DNA of 63,608 nucleotides, filler included, from Catajapyx aquilonaris (lineage: Eukaryota): NCBI GenBank assembly GCA_000934665.2. It is 3 parts of 3 records of this genome, joined end to end, with 100 filler letters (N's around TTAATTAATTAA, not from the genome) between each part and the next. Parts side by side here need not be neighbours in the genome. Positions count along the whole stretch, not along the records: positions 1 to 21,145 come from JYFJ02006128.1; positions 21,246 to 42,373 come from JYFJ02006129.1; 1 more part is not named here. One strand, 5' to 3'. Each line of letters starts with the position of its first letter. Position 1 is the first letter of the stretch. A program made the position numbers and the translations under genes. Positions 13,561 through 26,297 of this stretch are shown here, piece after piece. The notes under the pieces were generated by a model. That model was not told where the DNA came from. It did no database searches and saw only the letters and a program-made list of their open reading frames with translations.

Positions 13561-15323
13561 ATGGAGAAGGACCAATCACCAACGAGTAGTAACAGTTAAG
13601 TAGAGAGCACATTTTACAATAATCCGATTGTGTCAAATTGATATTTTCTTCTATAGAATTGCGCTGGCGTTACATATTCGCGGTTTTGAGCTCGTTTGCA
13701 TTTGCCATCGTGTATGGACTGAATGTGAACGTGAGTGTGACCATGATAGCCATGGTCAACCACACTGCACTGAAGGAGGCTGTGTTGGAACATGATGACC
13801 AACAAAGTGAGCACAATAACCACACCGGAGTGAAAGACATATGCAATTCAGATCATACACGGGAGATAAACACAGGCGTTCAGGTACGTTATGCCTACAT
13901 ATCCACATGAATGTGCGGACTCGTTCATGTCACTTTCAGGATGGTCCTTTCGTGTGGAACGAGCATGTTCAAGGAGTGATCTTCTCCGCCTATTTCTGGG
14001 GCTACATAACATCGCAGATTCCTGGAGGTCTCCTTGCCGATGCTTACTCGGCCAAGAATGTCTTGGGAGTAGCCATAGTCCTGAATGGTCTATTGACCAT
14101 CATCACACCTGTAGCAGCCAAATTGAGCTACATTGCATTCATCATAGTTCGAATCCTCCAGGGAATCATTGCTGGAACCACTTCTCCAGCCATGCACGCT
14201 CTTCTGCCTCCTTGGATACCACCACAGGAATCAAGCCAAATGTCAGCTGTAGTGTACTCCGGTGTGTCCCTTGGAACAGTCATAACCCTTCCTCTGTCAG
14301 GTGTAATTGCACTGTACTTGGGATGGGAATGGGTGTTTTATATATTAGGCTGTGCCTCCTTGCTGTGGTGCGTGTTTTGGTTTTGGTTCGTCACTGATTA
14401 TCCGGATGACCACAAATACATGTCGGAGGAGGAGAAAAAATATATTTCAAGTTCTACTGGGCCAGCTGATTACGTGAGTTAACCTTCATTACACTGCAAC
14501 TACCATGTGATTGTTAATAATGTTGCAGAGTCACCGACCAGTGCCATGGAAGCAAGTGATGACTTCCGTGCCATTTCATGCCATATGGTTCACACACCTT
14601 TGCTCAAACACCGGGTGGTACATGCTACTGACGCAGCTACCCACCTATTTGCATCAGATACACAATTTTGGTCTGAGTAACGACGCAATCCTCTCTGCGT
14701 CTCCATACCTGTCCATGTGGCTCTTCAGCTTCCTTCTGAGCAACAGGCTGGACTGGGCCAGATCCAAAGGATACATCAGCGTCACAGGGTCTCAGAAGAT
14801 ATCAATCTGCATATCTTCTGTACCACCTGCGTTGTGCCTGATCGGTGTCACATTGGCCGGATGCGACAGGATAACGGTTGTTGCTCTGATGGTCGTAGCT
14901 GTGACTTGCATGGCCGGAATATTCCCAGGATACGTGGCCAACTTGATCAGAATCGCCCCACATTATGCAGGTGACATTTACCTAGAGCTGATTGTTTAAT
15001 TTATGTTACACTCTTCATCTACATTGCAGGAACACTAATGGGTCTGTCCAACACGATAGCAACAGTGCCTGGATTTGTGGTCCCCTATGTTGTAGGACAG
15101 CTGACCCACAAAAATGTGACTTTCATTTCGCTTTTTCATTTTCGAGATTTTAATTGCATCGTCTTTTTTTCAGCAAACTTTAAGTGCCTGGAATGTGGTT
15201 TTCTATGGGACAGCCCTCATTTACGTCCTGGAGGCCATAGTGTACATGTTGTTTAGCAGTGGAGAGATGCAATCGTGGAATGATCATCAACCCCGTCCCA
15301 TGACAGAAGCTACTGTCAAGTGA
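13561..15323 (+). CDS. SLC17/ACS-family MFS transporter, copy 2 (sialin/inorganic phosphate cotransporter-like), ~490 aa
   Basis: Exons 13561-13594, 13657-13883, 13940-14473, 14529-14970, 15030-15115, 15174-15323. Motifs SAYFWGYITSQIPGG, RILQG, PAMH, GWEWVFY, VPWKQ, GWYMLLTQLPTY, IAPHYAGTLMG. Open frame across all junctions; exon 1 donor (GTTAAG) is weak. Confidence 0.93.
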
Positions 15324-15920
15324 TCTGTACTCAACGTTGGACAACGTTGGACTTTGGTATATATATTATAGGCTTACAGTTTTAGCAGGCTAAGCATTGT
15401 TCGTCAATGTGTTTGCAAGAACTGTACATTCCTGTTAATCTGAGTGTGAGAATAAAAGTTCCAGTAAAATAATTATAGGCAAGGATGAGTAACATTCATT
15501 TTATTGTTACCGTTCGCATGATATTGTTATGCGAAGATTGTTTGCGTTAAGAAACATGGATACCACTTTGAGTCCATGAAATTATTGGCAGCAGCCTTCT
15601 TCAGTTAATATTAGGTGCATTGTTTAACAGGACGCGCCTGTGTCCTATTCATCTCATGTGTCAAAACAAGAAGGAGAAGCTGATCTAATCCACAGTGACG
15701 GCAGCATGGAGGTGCAAGAGAAGTATATTTTGATAAATCGTGTACATAAAATTGATATTTGCTAGATTAAATCAAATTTGATCTGAATTGTTAACATTGT
15801 ATTTTGGATTTCTACTTTATTTTACTGCCACTACTTTGTCACTGTCACTTGTTACTTACATCATGCAGAGAGGAATCAATGTTTTTTTTTCTCATTTCAA
15901 GACAGTAATTATATACTGGC

Positions 15921-17791
15921 ATGGAAGAGGATCCACAGCTAGCGACGGATAACAGCACAAGTACGTTGTGTAGGCTATACTAAAATGGAATGATGTTACT
16001 TCGAATCTTCTTGTTCTTTCAGAGACACGATTGCTATGGCGTTACATTTTTGCGGTAATCAGCTCTCTTGGAATGGCCATCGTGTATGGGATGACAATTC
16101 ATCTTGGTGTGACCATGTTAGTCATGGTCAATCACACTGGCCTCAAAGTTCAGAAAGAGGAGACATGGGCGGTTCATCCACACCATCACAATCACGCCGA
16201 CATCGATGTGGACGACACGTGTCCGATAGAAAATGCTCAAAGAGGAGACAAAATCTTACAGGTATATGGCTGAAAACCATTAGGGCGTTAGGAGACAATG
16301 ATTTGACATGCAAACTGTACCTCTCTCTAAAGAGACACTCGAAAAATAGTTATGTATTTACTTACAGGATGGTCCTTTTATGTGGGATACTCATGTACAA
16401 GGAATTATGTTCTCCGCATATTACTGGGGCTACATAACATCGCAGATTCCCGGAGGTCTCCTTGCCCATGCTTATTCGGCCAAGAATGTCTTCGGAGTGG
16501 CCGTAGCCATTAATGGTCTATTGGCCATCATCACTCCTGTAGCAGCCAGACTGAGCCACGTTGGATTCATCATAGTTCGAATCCTCCAGGGAATCATGGC
16601 TGGAGCCAATTTCCCAGCCATGCACGCTCTTCTGCCTTCATGGATACCACCACAAGAATACAGTCAAATGTCCACTATCGTATACTCCGGTTTGTCCATG
16701 GGAACAGTCATAACCCTTCCTCTGTCAGGTGTAATTGCACTGTACCTGGGATGGGAGTGGGTGTTTTATGGATTAGGCTTTGCCGCCCTGGTTTGGTGCG
16801 CGGCTTGGTTTGGGCTGGTCACTGATTATCCAGAAGATCACAGGTTCATGTCCAAAGAGGAGAAGGAGTACATTTCAAGATCCATTGGAACTATTGAGCA
16901 TGTGAGTCGACTGACATGTGCAGTCAGCATGATTGTATGATTGTATGGTCGAAGCATTTGTGCAAAGTTCCGTTGCATAATTTTGTTACAGGTTCACAGG
17001 CCTATGCCTTGGAGGAAACTCATGGCATCCATACCATTCCATGCCTTGTGGTTTGCGCACCTTTGTGGAGATACCGGGTGGTACATGCTTCTAGTTGAGC
17101 TGCCCACATACTTGAACCAGATACACCATTTCGGCCTGCGTGACAATTCCTTTCTGTCTGCAACTCCCTACCTGTCCATGTGGCTCTTCAGTTTCCTTCT
17201 GAGCAACAGACTGGACTGGGCCAGAGCCAAAGGGTACATCAGCGTCACAGGGTCTCAAAAAATTGGGACATTAATAGCATCCGTACCACCTGCGTTGTGT
17301 CTGGTCGGTGTAACCCTGGTCGGATGCGACAGGACAGCGGTGGTCACTCTGATGGTCGTAGCAGTGACTTCGATGGCCGGAATGTACCCTGGATGTGTGA
17401 CCAACCTGATCAGAATCGCCCCACATTACTCAGGTGACATTAACATGCAGTATAATATTTTAATTAGCCATCCATTCTTCATCTACATTGCAGGAACACT
17501 GATGGGACTGTCCAACACTATAGGAACAGTACCGGGAATTTTGATGCCCTATATTGTAGGACAGCTGACCCACAAAAATGTGAGTTTCATCGTGTCACTT
17601 GTTCGTTGCGAGTTCGTCAATGCAAATCGTCTTTTCAGCAAACTTTGAGTACCTGGAACATGATTTTCTACGGGACAGCCCTCGTCTACATCCTGGCGGC
17701 CATTGTGTACACGGCGTTTAGTAGCGGAGAGAAACAGCTATGGAATGATAATAATCAAAAAGTCCTCCCCATGCCAGAAGCTGTAACGTGA
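15921..17791 (+). CDS. SLC17/ACS-family MFS transporter, copy 3, ~497 aa
   Basis: Exons 15921-15960, 16023-16261, 16368-16901, 16992-17433, 17494-17579, 17639-17791. Exons 3-5 are the same length as in copy 2 (534/442/86 nt) and highly similar. Confidence 0.93.
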
Positions 17792-18433
17792 TCATCTATG
17801 CACGTATTTGGACTTTGGTATCGTTGTTCTTCGAAGAGCTCAGGAAGGCTGCATGGGAGGATAAAACAAAATATTATTCCTGACGATATTATACGAATGA
17901 AATGCTACTTGGGGCCAATTTGTGCTCATGGTCTATATGAATAATTATATCTGGATTTATTTTACGAGTGCGGGATATAAATTAATCAGTAATGACGATT
18001 AATGTTCATTACTGGAATTTAATCTCCGATTTCACTATTCATATCTGTAGTAGTACGCTTTGGTAGTACGTACTGCATAAGATTGTTATACGATTGATGT
18101 TTTGGGTGAACACCTTGGATACCATTATATAATAGGGAGCCTTTATTGGAGCATGAGCTGCTTTGTTTATTAGAAACTTGACGTAGACCTGTAAGGTGTC
18201 AGCATAAGGAGAAGGAAGTCAACATCAGAATCACAATGACAGTGAGGCCAACACGAGCTTCCAGAAAAGTCCTGCACGTCATTCTTTTAGCACATCTTGG
18301 GTAAAATTTAGGTATATAATAATATTTCTTCTCAATTCAAACTTTAATCTATATACGCATTGCATTTTGTATTTTACCCCCAATGTTTTTACCGCATGTG
18401 CTTAATAGCTTATCCTCTCTAGAATAAAATTAC

Positions 18434-19055
18434 AAAGGGTACATCAGTTCAACAGGTTCCCAGAAAATCGCGACGTTCATCGCATCCGTACCACCTGCGT
18501 TGTGTCTGGTCGGTGTCACATTGGCCGGATGCGACAGGACAGCTGTTGTTGCTCTGATGGTCGTGGCAGTGACCTGCATGGCTGGAATGTTCCCTGGGTA
18601 CCTCACCAACCACATAAGAATAGCTCCTCACTACGCAGGTGACATATACGTGTAAAGGCTACTGTGGTGGTGGCCTACACACTTTTCTTGACCTTACCAT
18701 GCAGGCTACTCCTGTATACAATATGTGCCTGATCCGTATACATTTCAGGCACCCTGATGGGATTGACCAACACGATAGCGACGATACCTGGATTCGTGGT
18801 CCCCTACGTTGTAGGACAGCAGACCCACAACAATGTGAGTATCATTCTGCCACTCTTGTTCGTTTCCAATTTGTCATTGCATCGTCTTTTCAGCAAACGT
18901 TGAGTGCCTGGAACGTGATTTTCTACGGGGCATCAGTCATTGGCGCCATGGAGGCCGCAGTGTACATCGTCTTTAGCAGTGGGCAGGTACAATCATGGAA
19001 TGATGATGTTCAAGTCCGCCATATGCCAGAAGCTGTCCAGTCATCTGAATTTTGA
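18434..19055 (+). pseudogene. 5'-truncated SLC17 copy 4 (3' half of exon 4, exons 5 and 6)
   Basis: Homology to copies 2/3 starts abruptly at AAAGGGTACATCAG (KGYIS). Segments 18434-18638, 18749-18834 (86 nt) and 18894-19055 have intact splice sites and an open frame. No homologs of exons 1-3 between 17792 and 18433. Confidence 0.8.
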
Positions 19056-21145
19056 AATTTTGGTATAATATACTTCCCAGGGCTACCAGGCAATGTTGTG
19101 CTGAGATTATTGTAACCGATCATATCGTACTGTCTTAATAATAATAATAATAATATATTATTGTATAACCCCTTACCCAAAGTGTGTGGATGATTTGAGT
19201 GAATACTGATACAGAACGGACGTGAAATGTAACCAGAAAAACATGCGTGGCATTCCATTGGTCATAAACTCATAATATAATATTATGCTCAGTCACATGT
19301 CCAAACATTCGGACACCGACAGCAATTAGTGATTAAATTGCATAAAATCAGTCATATTTCGTGACACAAGTTGCGACTCACGCATGGATTAATACTGTAT
19401 GTTCAGTTTTAAATGGTTCATGCACGGGTACAAGGGAGAAAATATCCGACATATTTTGCAGGTTGACCCACTAATTTTGGGGGTCCCAAACGTCTTGGGC
19501 ATGTGACCTATGTAATGTCATGCCCATTACTCTGGTTACATTTTAAAGGAAGACTAAATTCCATAGGTGCTATTTTCCGTATAGATACGCCGCTGCACAG
19601 TAGGCCACGGTGCGATGTTACTTGTCCAAAACTCCTTCCTGCCGTACCTATTGCGATACAAGCACGAAAATTTCACAACATGGCCGTGTTGATCATGTAA
19701 TATAAGACACGTATACTGGGTGTAACGAAAGTCATTAACATCCAAGTAGGCAGAAAGGACAGAGGCAAATCTTATGGGAAAAGTGGCGTCAGTGGGATTT
19801 GGCTGAAACTTGGTCAGTTAATAGACCTTGACCTTAGGATCAATTGTTTTGAAGGCTAAATCAAATCTACCGTGCCGTTTGGACGCTAAAGACGCTCAAA
19901 GTCGTAATTTCAGGTGTCTCCTATCGGGCTCGTTTTCATGTATATGTTGTAGAGTTTCATGAGCTGAGTCGAACGAGCCATGTGATGATTTTCTGTGACC
20001 AACCATTTGGCCTCTAGATGCGCAATCGAGTTCAACGTCAGACCTTATTGAGGTCTGTATAGTGTGATCATGAGTGGGATTGTAAGTGCAACATAATAGT
20101 AACTGCCAAATGGTTGGTCACAGAAAATCGCCACATGACAAAACAAATTTATAGTAATGTTTTTACTTGTTATAACTTTTACTAAGTTGATCACAATATG
20201 ATGACTTCAAATTAAACAAACTGCAGTTTCAAATAAGAATCATATATTAGAATTATTCTAATAAATATGAAAATGTAAGTTTATGCAGTAGTGAACTGAC
20301 TCGCGGAACCCTGATGATCCTTTCACGGAACCCACTTTAGGAGCCGCTCGCCTATAGTACGTATTGTTGTTGAAACCTAATTAGGCGGGTATCTCCCTCA
20401 CTGTGCCGCATATCTAAGTTCTGCAGGAATTTATGCAATGTTTCTGGCTTAGCTGTATGTAACGTCACACTTCCGCCGAATTCACCGTGTGAATACGCCA
20501 TTTGTCATAACCATAAGTAAATACTATATACACCTACTCCTCGCCCACACCATGTGACCAGAGTACTCAGCGGTATTTTCACAGATAACGATATGAGCTG
20601 TAGGGTCCTAAGTCATTTCAGATCCGTATTCGTATTGGGACACCGTGTATAACTGCATGCACGCACATTTTGCGAATACTCACCTGACAAACTGTGGCTG
20701 TTGTCTGAGTTCATACCAACGTCTAACCTCTCACTGCACTCGCACACTATCAAAGTCCAGAGCCCGGGCGTGCCTCCCCAGCCCTCTGACGCATTTCGCA
20801 CGGTTGTGTTGATGGTTCGATATCTCAAAAAGGGGCAATTTTGAGCAAAGGAAAACTGTTGCACACACTTCCCCAAGGGTTTCGCACCCTTGTGACACTA
20901 AAATACCTGGGGTACCTTGGGGACCATTTTTTTAAAAGGTCTACAATGTGAAAGAGAGGGTCATTAATCTGCACCGCCATATCACCTGATATTTTTCTTA
21001 ATCAAAATCTCCAACAATGAAGTCATATTCAATTAACCATTACTTAAAATAGTCCGGGTGCTAAGGGGTTGAACTTTGCATTTTGTGACAAAAGTATGAA
21101 ACTCGGTACACTTGTTCTTTGGACACTTCTGATCATATCTGGACG

Positions 21146-21245
21146 NNNNNNNNNNNNNNNNNNNNNNNNNNNNNNNNNNNNNNNNNNNNTTAATTAATTA
21201 ANNNNNNNNNNNNNNNNNNNNNNNNNNNNNNNNNNNNNNNNNNNN
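21146..21245. other. Scaffold gap with artificial linker (N44-TTAATTAATTAA-N44)
   Basis: Exactly 100 bp; identical structure at 42374-42473. Confidence 0.97.
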
Positions 21246-21482
21246 ATCCCATTCTGTATAACGACATCACATGTGTACGACAAAGGTCAAGAGAGGAGTG
21301 CTGAACCATTGATGACTGTGTACAATATAAATATTTAAAAAATCATTGAAAATATTGTACAAATGAAAATTTCAAACTGCTGAAAATACAGCACAGTTAA
21401 ATGCGACCATCTTCCATCACAATTAAACCGGCAAATATTCGACATCCTCACAGTGTTATGGTCTGGACCCACCAACTATGAC

Positions 21483-21763
21483 CCCCCGACGGTATCTCCA
21501 CCTTATCGTGGTGGTGGGGTTTGCGTTTCTCCCATGACCCCAAGAGCTATGCCGGCGGTAGCTTCGTCTACTGGTAGGGCCACCCAAGCCGGACAGGTCT
21601 TTGGGATAGGAGACAGACTAAGAGAGATGCCAGTCTTTCCTCTCTTCTTTTTCCTCTTCGTTTCTCTCTCCATCTGTCCCACCTTTGCTTCTTCTTATAG
21701 CCAGATAGCCATAGTTGCTTTTTGCTTTTTGGTTTTTTATTTGGCTTCTTCTTAATAAACCAA
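21483..21763 (+). mobile_element. Short non-autonomous retroelement with RTE-type 5'UTR head, full-length copy
   Basis: 12-bp TSD ACCAACTATGAC (21471-21482, 21764-21775); (AAACC)n tail; head matches remembered BovB/RTE 5'UTR motifs (CCTTrTCGTGG, GAGCTATGCCG, AGGGCCACCCAAG.CGGACAGGTC). Confidence 0.8.
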
Positions 21764-23364
21764 ACCAACTATGACAGATAATTGCTCACTGCGCCGCTTC
21801 GTATGTCTCACTTTCCTGAAGCCCGTGTAGGGCTCGTGTAACCTGTAATACCATAATCTTAACAAATTTCACAGCAAATTGGAGCCATGTGTCTCTGAGG
21901 CACGCGTACAAATGCTGCCCTGATATGAACTCATACAAAATGCTCCACTTGCTCCTTCTGACCTCTTTGCCAAATGTTTCGAAGGCAATTATTATTAAAA
22001 AGGTCGAGCTCCTTCATGTTTAGTTTCCTGTAGTGAATGCCCTTAAATAGGGAAGCTCGTTCATTCTTGCACCTCCAACTACGTAGGCCTACGGTACCAG
22101 TGCCTTAATGACGAGGACAAGCTCCATTCCTGCATGAATCAAGCAATTAGCAGTTTAGCACCCGGTAACATGTTAACATATACGTTCATTTTTACCTCTC
22201 GGATCTCGCGCCTTTCACCTATATGGGAGAAGAGGCTAGCTGTGTGGGTCTGCACATATTTGGCCCTCATGGCAGCTGCCCTGACTTTGTCCTTCTTCAG
22301 AAGGCCATGAAGTATAATTATTTTCATGTTGGATATAAAATGGGTCTGAAATGCATATAAAATATAGGACCCCGTTTCTATCAAAGGTCTTCCTTCGACC
22401 TTTATTTGGCATTATTTTTTTGGCATTATTGGCATTTATGAGTCAGCTGTTAACTAACACAGGCATTCTGATGTCGTCACCTGAGGACCAGTCGTAGCTT
22501 AGGATACGTTCTTTCCATCATACGTGCGTCATTCTTGGTGGAGTCATTAGCGGGGGAAGGAATGGCGCAGGGATCATGCGACATTATTGGGTTGTTTGCT
22601 GTCAGTATAATTTATATTAGTTTTTAATGAATTACATTATAATAGTTTTCCCTATGCGGACGAGCATTTCCCACGAGCAGAAGCATACGACAGTCTTTAC
22701 AGTATTTGTGGCTGCTTATTTCTGCTATCGTATAAAGATTGAGTCAATAATGGTCAGTAAACTTTACGTCCCAATTTTTAATTTTCCAGTGTCGTATACA
22801 ATTCCTGTTATCATCTCCCTGTTTTGGTTTTATACTATACAGGTGATGATATGAGGAACTTTTTCATTACCGGGTTCAGCATCAATTTCGGATTCCTGAC
22901 GCATGTTAAGGCGATGATTTTCCACGTTCCTTGACCTCAGGACATATGAATGCAGAATGAATCCAAAGAGGATGTCCTTCTCTCGTCTGAATTTGGAATA
23001 TCATCATATCAATGGGGATGTGCCTAGACCTGATCATTCCAACAGTCGTGGTAAGTGCGTCGTGTGTGGAAGGAGCCAATGGGAAAGTTTATATGTCCAA
23101 TTATCAGGTTCAACTCTCAATATAATTAGATATTGCTCTTTTACGTTCAGTGTACAAAGTTAAAGTACAATTATTTTTCATGCCGCCCGGCTGAAGTTCC
23201 TTGCATGGGTATAGACAGCAATCACCATTGTTGTGCTTGGTCCAGTTGCGGCTTCCATGCGCATGCTCCGCCTGCTTCTTTTCGCCCATTCCGGTATTTC
23301 TTGAAATGATCAACTCGTCCGGGACTGTCAACTTCCTCAGTGGCTCTCATGACTTAAATCTGCT

Positions 23365-23568
23365 ATGCCGGCGGTAGCTTCGTCTACTGGTAGGGCCACC
23401 CAAGCCGGACAGGTCTTTGGGATAGGAGACAGACTAAGAGGGATGCCAGTCTTTCCTCTCTTCTTTTTCCTCTTCGTTTCTCCCTCCATCTGTCCCACCT
23501 TTGCTTCTTCTTACAGCCAGATAGCCATAGTTGCTTTGGCTTCTTCCAAATAAACCAAACCAAACCAA
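23365..23568 (+). mobile_element. 5'-truncated second copy of the RTE-headed element
   Basis: Near-identical to 21549-21763; 13-bp TSD ACTTrAATCTGCT (23352-23364, 23569-23581); (AAACC)n tail. Confidence 0.8.
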
Positions 23569-24279
23569 ACTTGAATCTGCTTAGTAAAATGAGCTGTATA
23601 GTTTTATGAAAGCTTTTTTTTACGCTTCACAAGTTAGAAGTAATTAAAAATTGCAGGCAATAAGTTTGAATATACGCGCAAGTCGTATGATGGTACGTAT
23701 GCTCTCCTCAACTGAAAATAATATCAATATATTTCCACAATATATTCATAGGTGTTATGGTACTACCTTCCGCCATCTCTTGCACACTTGTGGTATGGTT
23801 GGCCAACACGCAGCGGATGGACTGCAGCTGGTAAGGAACATCTTCACAATCACATAATTATCTAGCCAGTCGTGTGTTGAAGTCAGTAGAGGTTGAGCAG
23901 TTGAGATGAAGGCGCCTCACCCATTTCTTCTGTCCGGTTGTCTTCGTCGGCTGCAAGCATTACCATAAAATATTCAACACATCTACCTTGTACATCAAAC
24001 CTGACTCACGGGCTTCATGGAGAGGGGTGTGGTTGATTATTCTTCATCTTCTGGTCACTCCCCAAAGAGGTCAAAACGGTATGTCTTCCCTCTTCCTCTC
24101 GGAGTTGTCCTGGAACGGCTCGGTATGACTTCATGACTTCATATCACATTTTCCTCCTCTTCTTCTTCTTCTGTCTCCGATCCAAGAATTGGCTTGAAGA
24201 GGTGCTTCTTCTTCTTGGCTGCCGTGGTATTTCTCCATAATAATCGATAGATTCTTGTTATAAAGTCCCCACTGCCATT

Positions 24280-24522
24280 GTGGACCTCCTTCCACAGTAG
24301 CAACATCCATCGTAGAGTTCCGAGCCAACCGTCCTGAGAAGGAGTCCTCGTCACCTTGTTTGATGACTCCTGAGGTACATACTTATTCCACTTGACAATG
24401 ATGGTGATAGCTTCCTGCCAGAAGTGTATGTGGGCGCTGCTGGTTGTAGTCACTCTGCAGCGTAAGTCCTTTCCACGGTCAGCATTTTCTTGATATCCAT
24501 TTAAGGAATCGTCCATGAAGAG
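24280..24522 (-). mobile_element. P-element/THAP9-type transposase relic
   Basis: Minus-strand LFMDDSLNG...KDLRCRVTTTSSAHIHFWQEAI...W...PSQDGWLGTLR..LLLWK matches the pattern of arthropod P transposases; fragment only. Confidence 0.55.
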
Positions 24523-24856
24523 GTGCTAATTTTGGTAGAAAATTTTGCGAATTTTGGCGGTGAAAAATATTGACTTACGTATGAAGTTTTATTTGCAAAT
24601 TGACCGGTATATTGCCTTACATCGGGTAGATTTTGCATGATTAATATGCCACATAGGGAGCTTGCCAAATATGGTCGCTCTGGAGGTTGCGATTACTGAA
24701 ATAATCGCTCGAGTAAATAATAAGTTGGTAGCACTGCAGATTTGACGAAACTCATGCCTCATACTCATGCTTGCTTCCCCGGGGTTTCATACCCGTCCAT
24801 CTCGCTTATATTGTAGGCCATAAGTGGAAAATAAAACACATTTAACATCACCCTCA

Positions 24857-25141
24857 TTTCCACTTAAAATGGGACAATAAAATAACAGGTATTTCCACTT
24901 AAAAACCGTCCTAATTTCGACTTAAAAATTGGACAAAAATCACTGTGTTTCCACTTGAAACCGACCTAATTTCCACTTAAAAACTGGCCAATAAAATAAC
25001 AGGCATTGTCCACTTGAAACCGTCCTTATTTTGACTTAAAAATTGGACAAAAATCACAGGTTTTCCACATTAAAAACCGACCTAATTTCCACTGGACCAT
25101 AAAATAACCGGTTTCCACTTAAAAACCGACACTTCCACTTT
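24857..25141. repeat. Degenerate tandem repeat, ~60-bp unit with two TTTCCACTTAAAA cores, about 5 copies
   Basis: Recurring tttccacttaaaaaccg.cctaattt / ttggacaa.aaaat.acagg; an inverted core aagtggaaa lies at ~24822. Confidence 0.8.
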
Positions 25142-25809
25142 AAAGGGAATATATTATTTTATTTTATTGTGTTCAATTAGCCCGTATTCATTTTTATTTG
25201 TCTTCAGCTATATTTAATTGTGTTCGTTAAATTAACCCTAATTATTCATTTAATTGTATCAGTGGCATATCAGTTAATTTAAGTATATTTTTCCAGTGCC
25301 ATGAGTCACGTTTGTGGAACCCAATTTTGGTCCCCCTCCTTGCAGCCTGAGTCCCCTCCATCCCAGGGGTACATTAGCCTCCAAGTCAAGGGCTGATTCA
25401 CTTCCTGCTGACCTTAGACGCCCAGACAATGTGAGACATTCCAAGAGCCACCCTCCTCCAACTCAACAACTGGGTTGCCAAGAGGTGAAGAGGATCTCCC
25501 GAGGGTTGGAAGAGTCGGGAAGGGATGGCAACGCTGGCACGCTCTGGGCTTGACGTGGGGGAGGACAAGGCCAAACGCCTACCCAAAGAAGGGAAAGCTG
25601 CAGCTGCTGAACTGGCTGGCATCATTCTGCTGATGGCTTGGTTTGGGTGGGTTTGGGTGTGGCCTGGCTGAGTTCGATGGACGCGGAAGGAAGCTGGACC
25701 AGGGGCGGAACCAGGGGCAGGATGCCAGGAGACAGGTTCGTGCACTGCCCAGGCTTGTGGGGCTGAGGGGCACTGCTCTGGAGTGTTCTCTTCTGAAATT
25801 TTGGTAAAG

Positions 25810-26030
25810 ATTCTCTTGAGCGGTGCATGGCTTATCACGGCCTGTCTGGTGTGGTTATTCACTGTGGCATTCATTTGCAGCACGGGTGTCACCTGAGACG
25901 TTGCAGGGGTCCACCGAAACGCAGATGTTGCTGTGCGCACAGTGGACACCATCGGGACGGCTTCCTGCTGCCACCGCTGCTAACTGCCAACTGGCCAGGT
26001 TGTAATTACACTCATTTGGTGGGCACGCTT
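25810..26030 (-). mobile_element. Possible decayed LINE ORF1 zinc-knuckle region
   Basis: Minus strand reads CPLCAQQH followed by frameshifted Cys/His motifs and a Pro/Gln-rich tract; multiple stops. Confidence 0.3.
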
Positions 26031-26050
26031 TTACGGGTCATATTTTGACT

Positions 26051-26297
26051 TAAAGGCCTGTTTACATCCATGATTTGAGCCTCGGTCGCATGACCAGACT
26101 CTTTGCAACTGACAAAAATTGGCTCCCCTAGCTCTGGTCGGAACTACTGGAGGCATGCGACAGTTTTTTTGGTCGGGTTGACGGTGGCATGCCTCCAGTC
26201 GTTCCAGCCAGACCTATGGGAACCAATCTCTCGTCAGTTGCAAAGTGTCTGTTCATGGGACCAAGGCTCAAATCGTGGGGGTGTAAACAGGCCTTTA
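26051..26297. mobile_element. PIF/Harbinger-like palindromic MITE
   Basis: TAA-AGGCCTGTTTACA ... TGTAAACAGGCCT-TTA termini; ~105-bp inverted arms. Confidence 0.75.

Noticed and set aside
18480..18610. Copy 4 alternately matching copies 2 and 3 (apparent mosaic)
   Set aside because: Site-by-site alternation is equally explained by copy 4 retaining ancestral states; no block-like conversion tract seen.
21190..21201. TTAATTAATTAA island inside N runs (also 42418-42429)
   Set aside because: Identical 100-bp construct twice, with stops in all frames: an assembly linker, not biology.
24857..25141. Repeat array resembling CRISPR or iterons
   Set aside because: Intervening sequences are themselves repeated; likely TE subterminal or satellite repeats.
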